This document shows positions 12,401 through 23,518 of a stretch of DNA of 64,000 bases, one piece after another. Both the position numbers and the translations under genes were made by a program. Origin of the DNA: Mytilus californianus (taxonomy: Eukaryota); assembly GCF_021869535.1 (NCBI RefSeq), contig NW_026262723.1, positions 112,282,001 to 112,346,000 of the forward strand, read 5' to 3'. Every line of letters begins with the position of its first letter. The stretch's first letter is position 1. The notes under the pieces were generated by a model, which was given only the letters and a program-made list of their open reading frames with translations, was not told the origin of the DNA and did not search any database.

Positions 12401-14639
12401 GCTTTGCATATATCTTCCACCATGCGACTTCACACTCAGTCAAAATGCCACAATCAGGATTATTATAATGTTAATGAAGACCGTATAACGTAAACATGCA
12501 CGAGCGTAACGTACTAATTGAGATATGGAAACGCAACAGTACGATATTGTATAGATAATGATATTGACATGTTATGTCAGTTTTAGCATCGAATTAAAAA
12601 TGCTCATCCAAAACTTGATAATCACCAGATGAAGATCTAAGTACTTAATTACCTGATAATGATCACGGAAAATACATCGGTTTTCATTCATTGAAATCAT
12701 AGTATTTCATAACTTCACTGACAATACTTTAAGGCTTCATGTATTTAAATGAAAAACTATGAAGACAATAAGTCCGCAAAAAATGTACAAAATCTAAAAT
12801 TGTTCATGCACTTGACGTTTTTAACATCGGTAATAAGCGTTGTTGATGAGGTTCCAAAAGCACGTGTCCTGCCTCAGGATATTGATATCATATTTTGTAA
12901 TGCTACTTATGTCATTTTATATGTATTCAATTTGCGGAAGTTACTGAACGAATTGCAAAACCTGTAAGAGAGCTGTTGTTTTCGATTCAACCTTCTGTGA
13001 AAACTTCAGACAATATCACTTGTTGCTATGCATATGTAAAAATAACCATACGTTACTAGAAAAATATAAAAGTAATAAGATGAGACCACTATCCACCAGA
13101 GACCAAATGACATAGAGGTTTACAACTATAGGTCACCGTACGGCCTTTAACAATGAGCAAAACCCATACGGATAGTCAGTTATAAAAGAGGTCAAAAAGA
13201 AAATGTAAAACAATTCAAACGTGAACACTAACGGCTTGATTTATGTACAAAACAAATACAAAAAACAAATATGATATACAGCAACAAGCGACAACCACTG
13301 AATAACTGAAGTCTTTTTTTTAGAAAATATTTTAAGTTGCTTTTATTTAATCACACGTGTCAAACGGACATTTATTTTTATTGATCATATCAATTTAAAT
13401 AAGTGAATTTTAGACCTATGATCTTTTAGATCAGTTTACACAAGCGAAACCGCCGATAATATAAAATCCCTGCATAGTTGTAGTACATTAATGACCATTC
13501 AAAATACTGATTCGTAGTTTTTTTTCCCGAAACTGACACACAGAGTAAGAGGTATTTTATCACATTGTCGTGAGCTTTACGTTAAAAATACTTTACACGC
13601 TTTTATAATATATTTATAGACTTATGGATTATAGATGTATTAAGAGGGAAACTAAATGACTAACAATAAAATGTAAAACTATTTTCAATGAAATAAAATT
13701 TTGCTTATTTCAATTTTCTATATATGGATATAGTAAGCTTTCAGTGTTTATAACATAGTCTGTAGCTTGTCAGGGTTAATCTCATCAATATATCAATGCT
13801 ATCTATAACATGAGTTAACATAAAAAGTAGAGAACAAGTGACTTAATATCAATTACACGACAGATTAACGCTATTGTTTGGGAATAGAAATAAGAGAAAA
13901 TCAATACTCAGATGTTAAAGGTCAAATAATAGCAAATGTCAGTCTCTTAATGTCTGACTTATTTCAAATATTGTGCAGCGTAACCGTAAAACAGTTAGGC
14001 CAAGTAGTTTAATTTTCAACTTATGTATTGCTTCTTAACAGTTGGTTATTTCGCATTTCCAGTATGATGTTTCGAACACAGTCATAGCAAGGAAGTCCCT
14101 TTTGTATATTTCGCCTCTCGTTTACGAATGCGTTGATGGTGATTCAAATATTACCTCATATACCAGTTGTTCGATAGAATTGATGTTGGTCAGTAATTAA
14201 CTAATGGTTACAGGAGCCGTTCTCTCGGCTGACATGATATGACGTTGTAATGGATACTTGGTTAAATGTTTGATTAATGAAAAGATAAAATATTCATTCA
14301 ATCAAAATTGATGATGCTGTCTGTTGGCCCCTCTGAGATTGATGAATGCCCCCTCAATTTGGTATTTTCACCCTTTTTCTTGCTTTCAAAACCAAATTGT
14401 TTTAATCCATTGTCGTACCAACATGTCCGTATAAAAAGCGTCGTACTATATCTTATTTGGATATTAATAACATTATTTAAAGCGATTGGCAGGATATCAT
14501 GTTATTTTTTTTTCAATTCGAAGCATACTCCATCTCGATTTTTAAAGAGAAAATCATCAACAAAATCATAAATCTGTCCGTTTGATGTACTTTTGGAATG
14601 ACAAACAAAGATTAATATTTTGATGTTTCTTCACTCAGT

Positions 14640-14930
14640 TAAGTTGAAGTCATCCATTTGAAAATTTTACGGACGCAATCACGAGTTGGTTGACCGCGAT
14701 GGAATATATGTTTCACAGATAACGACGGATATTTTCAAATTGTCGTTACTACAATTCCTCCCACTTTTCCTCAAATATGACAACACTGGATGAGACTTAT
14801 TACCGAATTGATACTTACATGAGCAACACGATGGGTGTCACATGTAAAGCAGGATCTTCTAACCATTCTGGAGCACATTGGATTACCTCCGGTGTTTGTG
14901 GGGTTCGTTATGCTCAGTATTTAATATTCT
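14640..14930 (+). mobile_element. 3' end of a Naiad-type Penelope element shared by copies 1-3 (also ~30590-30860 and ~47570-47800)
   Basis: Translates KLKSSI*KFYGRNHELVDRDGIYVSQITTDIF, homologous to RLKMTLRKFYGHHHELVDMYDVSVSKLTNDIF of ORF 33434..34141. Confidence 0.75.
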
Positions 14931-15589
14931 GTTTCTATGTTTTATTTTCCATACAGTTTATTACCATAAGGGATGTCTAACATTCCTAATTTATTTGGAG
15001 AACAGGTCAATTCAAAACACATCATTATATCAATCTTTAGACACGTAGAATTATTACAAATGCATAAAACATTGAAATTCTTACCTTCGATTACAAAACT
15101 TTACTATCTCTCTCAGCTTAAACTAGTATCAATATCCGGGGTCGCTCCCATACGGTGGTTGTTTTCTTTTCATCGTTTATTGACATGGCTTTGTCAGATT
15201 GTCTTTGATTTACGCGTTTGGATATTCCTTTGGTATCTAACACCCCTTTTTGTACCTTTATTGCACATTAAATATATTGCATATTTGAGTTCAGTTGTTT
15301 GTCTTTTGGTGTTTTTCTTTTTGTACCATGGCGTTGTAATTTTATTTTCGACTTATGAGTTTAAATGTTCCTTTGGTATCTTTCGCCTCTTTTCTTTAAG
15401 TCTTCTAACAATAAAATGAAAAGTGAAATTTCTGGGGTTGCAAAATGGTCAATAAAACGAATTTAAAGGTTACTCGCATTTTTATCAACAATAAAATTGG
15501 AATTCAAAGTTACTGTAAAGCTACCTACAATAAAAGCAGTGTAAATAAGATATTGACACTTAAAAATTTCCAAACATCTGCAAGAGTAC

Positions 15590-16060
15590 ATACAATTTGA
15601 GCCTCCGTCCTTATGCAATAGTTTGAAAGGTTTAAATTTGAATCCTTGTCGCAGGTTTTCCTTATTCTAGTCAAGAATGTATAAGAATCTAAACAGTTGA
15701 AGAGCTATATGACCAAATAGGACCTAAAAATAATAGCAAAATACATCCAAGGTCAGCTTTGCCTAAGAGAGTCCATCCGTAAGTTTCTTTATAATTATCT
15801 AAATTTATAAACGGACAATTTGAGAAAGGTTATAAATAAAGTCATGACGAAAGTACTGGCTACTGAGCTGATGATACTGTCGTGGACTGATAGTCGAACA
15901 ACAGCGGTATCGACCCATTAAGAACGCTCAAAGCCAAGAATGTATAAGAACCAAAACATTTGAAGAGCTATATGAAAAAAGAAAGAAAAAGAAAAATAAT
16001 AGTCAAATCCATCTACGGTTAACTGTACCTGAAGGAGTTCAAACCTTAGTTTCTTTATAA
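15590..16060. repeat. Interspersed repeat with internal partial direct repeat (caagaatgtataagaa...gaagagctatatga twice, ~250 bp apart); paralogues ~31830-32290 and ~48760-49210
   Basis: Direct repeat visible at ~15673-15712 and ~15933-15976; related text at ~4920-4950. Confidence 0.6.
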
Positions 16061-17004
16061 CTGTAACTGACATAATCACGATGCTTTGATGTGTTTTATT
16101 GAAATCATATTTTTTTTGCGTTTTGTGGATGTGTTTTTTCATAAGCCGTTCAACATTCTTATGGATGCGCTATGTGCTCCTAATCTTATCTTCTTGCTTC
16201 TTTGATCTTGGTGGTATGCAGAGCTAGACGGTAATTAGACGAGTGCAGAATATAGAGCAGGATACACGTGCTGATTTCACCAGAGTCATGAAAGGATTAT
16301 ATATGAGGTAATATTAACAAACCTTAAGAGTAAATATTGTCTGAAGCTTACAGTGCAATGATCAGAGTATGTTTTATTCATAAAAAAAGAACAGCCATCT
16401 TTTCTGTATATTGGAATATTAAAAACTTCTTAGTTCTGGATAATAACACCGTCTTTTAGCCTGCTGTTCTATGTAAAACACTCAAGATGGAAGTTAAGTT
16501 TTTTCAGTGGATGAATTTCAAATCTATAGGATTAAATGTCTTGTAATATGTTAGTTGACGTAATTTGATATATGTTTATGCATCATGTAATAGTTTTGAG
16601 GACAAAAAAGCCAACTTTTATTAAAGGTTATGTAGATAATATAAAAATGAGAATTTGTGGTATGATTCCAATGAGACAACTATCCACCCAAGTTGAAATG
16701 AAGTGGATGTAAGCAATTATAGGCAACCGTACTGCATTCAACAGTGAGAAAAAAAACCATACCGTATAGGCTATAAAAGGCCCCGACATGAAAAATATGA
16801 AACAATTCAAAATAATTTGTGGTAACGAAATCTCTGACTTAATAATTTACCAGTAATACATAAATTACACTCACTGAAATCCAAAACATCACTACGGACA
16901 CGGGCATAGCAAACAAGTTTGGATATATAAACACCGTAAGACAGTGTCAAAGGAACATCACCGTCCAAAAAAGGAAAAGCAACAATAGGGAAAGAAAAAT
17001 CACT

Positions 17005-17570
17005 TTTGTCGTAAATTTTTGTGTAGAGTTTCTGGTGTAAAATTGAAATGTCTTAATCAAGGAAAGGATACGTATTGCTGTTAATATTTGATTTATTTAA
17101 GGTAAGTTCCTTTGGGTAAAATTCGGTAGTACATTGAGAGAATTCTTGATTATTTAACGAAAAAATATCTTTAAGATAACGGTAAGTGTTGTTGAATTAA
17201 TCAGTTAAATGGAATTTAGACGGGTCTTTACTGAGTTTGGCCATAAACTGTGATTCATAAAAATACAGGAACAAGTCTGCTATTACAGGGCATAATTGGT
17301 GCCCATCGGAATATCTCTTACAGTTGATGTGTTTCCCTCGGTTTTAGTTTGTAACCCGGATTTGTTTTCTCTCAATCGATTTATGACTTTTGAACAGCGG
17401 TATACTACTATTGCCTTTATTTATCTACAATCTGTCGATACACTTTATTGCCGACACGTGCATGAATGTTGTCAAGGAGAAAATGTATTGCTTTACTGAT
17501 CTCATCAGACCTTCAGTGAGTATATCTAGCATATTTACCTTTCTCATTTGAGGAAAAGGCTTTATATGAG
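17005..17570 (-). mobile_element. Older Naiad-type Penelope RT fragment (copy 1), interrupted by a ~100-bp repeat at ~17315-17424
   Basis: Paralogue of 34260-34770; GIPMG-like (ccgatgggcaccaattatgcc) and RYLKDIF text on the minus strand. Confidence 0.75.
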
Positions 17571-18384
17571 TTGCAGCTCAGATTTATCAAACGACCATTT
17601 AATTAAATAGAAAAAACGTTTGTTTGATTTTGTGCGGAAGTGTAGTTTAAAGAGTGGAAAAGTAAAAACTGTCAACCGAATCAAAAGGATCTTTAAAAGC
17701 AAGTGAGTTATCAAAAACATCCAAAGATCTTTTTACCCTCGCTAAAATGGTTAATTCCACTATTTTTATATATATTTTTTAATATATTACAAAAAATAAT
17801 GATAAGCTCTTTAATAGTAGTTAAGGAACTCGTTTAAAGCACTCAAAGATTAGTAGTAGAAAACATTAACTAGAGGCCGAGATGAAACGATATTTTACAG
17901 GTTTTTTGTGTAGGTTAGGTAACCAATACATAAAATCTACCTTCAAATGTTCAGAGGAGGTCTTAAGACGAGCTGTGGTAGTGACATGATTATTTTACAA
18001 TAAGATGAAAGAGCATCTAGATGTGACAAACTACAAAAGACAAGTCCGTCAATACATATATTTGTTTGCTATATTTAGGAATTGCAAACGTTGAGAATTT
18101 GAAAAACCATTGCTAACGTACATTTCATATAGTAATTAGAAAACTTTATGTAGCCAGTGATAGATAAAGAGTGGACTGATTTACAGATTTTAGTTTTTGT
18201 GGTGTTAAAAATCAATGAGCTCAGATGATTTGAATTCAATGTTAAGAATATCTGTTTAAACATCTGATTTTCACATCTACCAGTAAATTTAATAACAAGA
18301 CAAGAATATGATTGTAGTTTTTAACCATCCAGTCTGTCAATCCTACGTCATATGTATACTTTAAAATTATCAAAAGTTATTATT

Positions 18385-18575
18385 ATCTTTTGCCTTTCCG
18401 GAGCACCTGAGATCACCCCCAGTTTGTGGTGGGGTTCGTGTTGCTCAGTCTTTAGTTTCCTATGTTGTGTTTTGTGTACTGTTGTTTGTCCGTTTGTCTT
18501 TTTCCATTTTAGCCATGGAGTTGTCAGTTTATTTTCGACTTATGAGTTTGAATATCCCTTTGGTTTTTTATCTCT
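18385..18575 (+). repeat. Repeat ending ...gccatggcgttgtcagtttattttcgacttatgagtttga...ggtatctttcg; shared by copies 1 and 2 (~36555-36735), absent in copy 3; reverse copies at ~36030-36185 and ~60935-61145
   Basis: Direct sequence comparison; copy 3 reads through the site at ~50195-50220. Confidence 0.7.
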
Positions 18576-19912
18576 CAGTTACAACTTTCCCAGAAGATAA
18601 TATTGTAAAATAATTGATTGTACACTCTCTACAGTTACCGATCAGGACATGTTAGAAATTGATACAACAGAACCGACCAAATGTAAATAATGACGGAAAG
18701 TAACTTTGATTCTCGGCTCTTTGAATTAGTAGGATTTCTCGGTTCTCTGGCCATAATCTCCTGATTCATTACGTGGAGGATATCTTTGTGGTAAATAGTT
18801 GATTAAGTAAATCATAGCTTCCTGTTTTTGAAAATTATAGTGATTTCCTCGAACTTCATTCTAATGGAGACAACAGAATAAATACAAAAGACGAAATAAA
18901 GATAGTTTGTATTCGCGTCAACATGTAATTGAAATCAATCAAGTTTTTTCGGTTAAAACATTTTATTATATATTTTTCTTCATATCATATGTGATTATCG
19001 TTTCCTAATTATAACATGAATATGAAACAAAATCAAGCAGTTTAAAAATATAAGTAATGCAGCATTTATTTAGTTATACGTTCAACGAAAGGATTGATTG
19101 GGTAATATAAATATGGTAACCCGTACTTCTGCCTTTCAACAGTAAAAATCAGACTTTAAAAACATCTATATGGTTGTGCATGGTGTACCTACGCAGTTAA
19201 GGCCGTTTAAATTGGTTGTTAAATCCAATGTCGCTTGTTAAAAGAGTTATATCCTATACGTGAGTTGAAAGACTTTAAAAAATTTCCGTAGGTTAACTTT
19301 TTGCACTGCAAATAAATATTTGTTGACCTTCATCCCGGTCAGTCCACTACTCAGAACCTACAATTTTGACTTCTTGTACATTTTGTTTTGGTCCAAATAC
19401 ACCTGAAGTATTTGCAACGGTATGATTGTCGAGCAAAAATCAATCAGTTTAATTGCATAAATTCAATTTAGAATATTCGTCATATGATTTCGTTTTGTTT
19501 TTATCAGGATATTAGTCTGTTTTAATTAGCGTAAACAAGTTTAACAAATCAGCAACCATACGACATAAATATAAAACTAAATCAAGATGTATCTACAAAT
19601 AAGAAGATGTTGTATGAGTGCCAATGAGACAACTTTCCATCCAAGTCACAATGTATAAAAATGTATCTGTACGGTATTCAATAAAACGCAGCTGTCTTAA
19701 CTAAATCGTTCCGATTTAAGAATTTTACGGATACAATGATCTGATATCAACATCGACATATAAATGGCAATCAAACATCAAAATATAACTACTGACCATC
19801 AGTGAAGAGGTTCCTAAGGGACTTGCAGATGCACTTTATGACGAGATTAGATAAGTTATTTAATCTGAAATCTCCCCTCATATGTCGATCACTAATTCGA
19901 TAATTGGTTCAA

Positions 19913-19954
19913 AGAGAAAAAAAAAAAAGAAAAAAAAAAAGAAAAAAAAAAAGA
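19913..19954. repeat. A-rich simple repeat (A10-11G)n; other long A-tracts at ~54897-54916 and ~60295-60312
   Basis: Direct reading. Confidence 0.9.
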
Positions 19955-21099
19955 AATACGTTAACAAAATAACTTAACGATTTAAAGCACTTAACTCTAT
20001 ACTTGCAGGTATGATTAATAAAAACCCACAAATACAAACAAAAACATTAACACACAATACCGTAACAACTTTCAATAACGATATTCAACACTTTTTCTAA
20101 AGATTGGATTATTATTAAATAAAATGAAAAATCAAAATCATTAAAATATTTCTTAACTAACTCACGATTAAGAAAATTTAAGCCTAACAATTAAAAAATA
20201 AACTTTATGAAATAACAGTTGACAATGAAAGAAGATGGATAATCTATGAAGATTCTTTTCAATAGTGTAGATATATAACATGTTATTAGTCTCTGAAAAT
20301 CTTTTCAATTCAACATCAGTAAAGATCTGATTGGCATTTGTTTTCACCGAACATAAGACAAAAGAAAGGAACAAGTGACTTAATATCAATTATATGACTT
20401 ATTAACCCAATTGTATTGGAATAAATAGAAGAGAGGAATAAAACAGAGATGTAACAGGTCTAAATATGGCAAATGTCAGTCTCACAGATGAATATATTAC
20501 ATCATCTAAGTTTATTGTTCTGTCTGTTTGTATACGTAATTCAGTAATTTAATAATCCGCTTACAAATGAATAGACTGCTTATTTCCTTTGCATAAGAAA
20601 AGAAAAGAAATTATATATCCACTGTCATTGAATATAAAACGTACTTGAAGCTACAACTACGTTATGGTATCGTGACTTTTAAAGCTGAGAGTACCCACAG
20701 TTACTGACAGCTGGTTCATTGCCAATTACAACTAATAACAAAATTATGTATCTAAGACCAAAATATCAATCAGTACACATTCAACATTCAATGTATTTTG
20801 TGTAAAGACGTCATTAACAGTCAGAGAAAAACATGACCTTGTTATGTCTGCTTGGGTTGCTCACCCAATTTTGTCAATATAATGGAACTATAAACATCTG
20901 TCATACAAGTGGGAGGTTTAGATAGCTATAAAACCAGGTTTAACCCAACATTTTCGTCAGGAAAATGAGTGTTTTTTCCCTCGCCCCGTTAGTTAATAAA
21001 AGTCTTATGTTTGATTTTGTAAGATTTTTTATGGACTTTCCTGTTTTTTAAATTTACCTTGGAGTTCGGTATTTTTGTGATAACATTTTTTAGGAACTC

Positions 21100-21420
21100 A
21101 ATTTATCGACAAATGTGATATAAACTGTGACCATTCTTTTTCTATGAAGCAGCATTTTAGCAGATCCTACATATTGAGTACATTTTTCCATGATGAAACT
21201 ATATTCCAACGGTTGTTTGTGTTTTCTGTAACGATGTCAATAATAGATGATTTCTGCTTTTGAAGAAGCTCTTGAACTAAGGGTTCCAAATTGTCGAGGT
21301 AGCAGTCTCCCCTTCGAAAGTTAAACGGTCGCCATCATGATTTGTCAAAAATGACCACGGATATTTTCCAACTGTCATAGCCACAATACCGATGTCTTTT
21401 TCACAATTGTTATATTACCC
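21100..21420 (+). mobile_element. Decayed Naiad-type 3' fragment (paralogue ~38600-38940; independent relics at ~54140-54480 and ~60810-60895)
   Basis: LRKLNGRHHDLSKMTTDIFQ at ~21315-21375. Confidence 0.65.
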
Positions 21421-22893
21421 TTGATTTTTGAGGTGTCTTGTTTTTTCACTGTAGTATGTCTGGGAATTTTGAGATTTTAGGTCTATGATAATTAAAGCCA
21501 CTACAGGAGGTGAACGAAACATATATTTTAGTGGGTTAATTTCAATTACATGCCAATGCTTGACGTTAGTAGATAAAATATTTTTCAGATCAGGATGAAA
21601 GGTGACATCAAACGGAATAACATATTTTTGGGTTGTATTATCGTTGTATCCTTTCTGTCGTTTTTGGACTGAAGGAATTCGTTTTGTTCAAATAATGTTT
21701 TGTATCTTGAAAATGAGTTGCCGGTTTTCTAACATGAGTTCTTATGTGGTTATCAACAAATTCCGATTTTTTTCCCTTAGTTTGAAATTGACGGATATAT
21801 AAATATGTATACTTTTATTACCCCTTAAAATTGTAATTACAATTGTCAACTGCTCACAATTAAATTTCTCATGGTAATTGATATTGTTAATCATCTGCCT
21901 ACACTACATGCTGATTAAAGTGTTGTAGCTTGATATTTATCATTGTTTATATATCTTATCACTTGCGGAAGGTCATAGTTATAGTGTGTTTTGGTAACCG
22001 GTCACTCTGACTTGGAAACAACCTGAACTAGTTAATTACAACCTAAAAATTCATATTAGAAAACTACCATCTCAAACTATTTTCAACATTCTGTCACTTG
22101 AATTAATCATAACTGCATTTTTTGGTATACCATATGTATTACTGACCACTTTGTACTAAGAAAATATTGTATGAGTTTTTCTATGGAGTAGATTTAAGCT
22201 AGTCATGCTAGTGTAGCTACATCCATATCTTTCTCTTCACTTTTACAAATTACATTATTTTAATAATGAAATTACCTACACTGCTGATGTTTCGATATAT
22301 CATGCTTTAAAAGCTTTAAATGTCAGGCATGCCTATAGAGAATCAGTAATGTTCATATGACATTAAGTTACCTCTTTTTGTCTCGTTTTAAACCAGTAAT
22401 GACTTCATTATAAATTCATTTATAGCTTCCGCTTACTGATGGTCTGCATTATTTCCTCAATCCCAATTAAGCTATGGTTAGTCTTTTCACCATCACCAAA
22501 GTGAGATGTCTTAATTAGATTTTCTTCTAATGAAGTGTACATTAAGGGTAACGATACAATATACTGACAAAATATTTTTCGGAAGTTATGATTGTGTTAA
22601 ATACGTCAATGCACTCATAAATGAAATAAAAGCCCGAAGGTCTTTACGTTACGTTGACCAGCGTAATATCACACTATCATGAAAGTATCGGATGCAATTA
22701 TACCTCCGACATTAACTCTATTTCACACTTCTTTGGTTTTCTATATCGAAGTAACCTCAAATTAAGCTATTTAGCAATAACCGCTACATTTTATAAATTG
22801 GCCAATAGTATTTTTTCAGAGTTAAAGAGAAGAGATTATAGCGGCAATATCTTATTATCCTAATCAATATTTGACCTAAAAGTAAATCTATTA

Positions 22894-23253
22894 TTAGCTG
22901 TCATCCGGATCCTTCTCAAACACAATTCGGGTACATAAAATGAAAACGTTTTAATAAACATTTTGAGTGGACTTTATATATATTGAAATTTCCATGGTAA
23001 AAAAATAAAATGTATTTAATACAATGAATATTGGTAATTAGAATTGTTCTCATCAAAAATGTCTTTCCAAGATTTAGCTGTCATCCGGATCCTTCTCAAA
23101 CACAATTCGGGTACATAAAATGAAAACGTTTTAATAAACATTTTGAGTGGACTTTATATATATTGAAATTTCCATGGTAAAAAAATAAAATGTATTTAAT
23201 ACAATGAATATTGGTAATTAGAATTGTTCTCATCAAAAATGTCTTTCCAAGAT
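22894..23253. repeat. Perfect 180-bp tandem duplication (22894-23073 / 23074-23253)
   Basis: Lines 22921 and 22981 are identical to lines 23101 and 23161. Single copy in units 1 (~8745-8925) and 3. Confidence 0.95.
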
Positions 23254-23518
23254 TTTTTGATTTTTGATTTTTGGTGTTTTAACGCCACTTTTAAGCACCG
23301 CTTTTGGGCTATTTCGTGGCGGCCAGTTTTTATTGGTGGAGGAAGCCGGAGCGCCCGGAGAAAACCACCGACCTTCGATAGGAAAACTGACAATCCTAGT
23401 CAATTAAGATTGGAGTCGAGTGCACCCGCACGAGCGGGGTTCGAACTCACAACCTCAGTGTTGACTGGCTAGTGATTACAGTAGTAACTACTTAGACCAC
23501 TCGGCCACCGAGGCCCCT
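23253..23518 (-). mobile_element. Young tRNA-derived SINE with V-domain-like core and (AAAAATC)n tail, 13-bp TSD
   Basis: Minus strand: ggggcctcggTGGCCGAGTGG (box A), GTTCGAACC (box B) and ggttttctccgggcgctccggcttcctccacca (V-SINE-like core). TSD tgtctttccaaga at 23240-23252 and 23519-23531. Empty site in copy 1 at ~8906-8930. Confidence 0.9.

Larger units (their letters stand above)
7905..22070. repeat. Large tandem segmental unit, copy 1 (~14.2 kb)
   Basis: Colinear anchors recur in the same order: accactttgtact (7980/22145/39669), tagaaatattttc (10039/24422/41300), ggctgacatgat (~14230/30183/47172), gcagagctagacggtaattag (~16218/32391/49377) and ttcaacatcagtaaag (~20308/38258/53000/59450). 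Confidence 0.93.

Noticed and set aside
14973-15419. Hydrophobic 148-aa ORF (similarly 35483..35926, 36465..36767, 18352..18600, 60842..61126)
   Set aside because: Composed of T-rich interspersed repeat sequence; frames are not conserved between paralogous copies.
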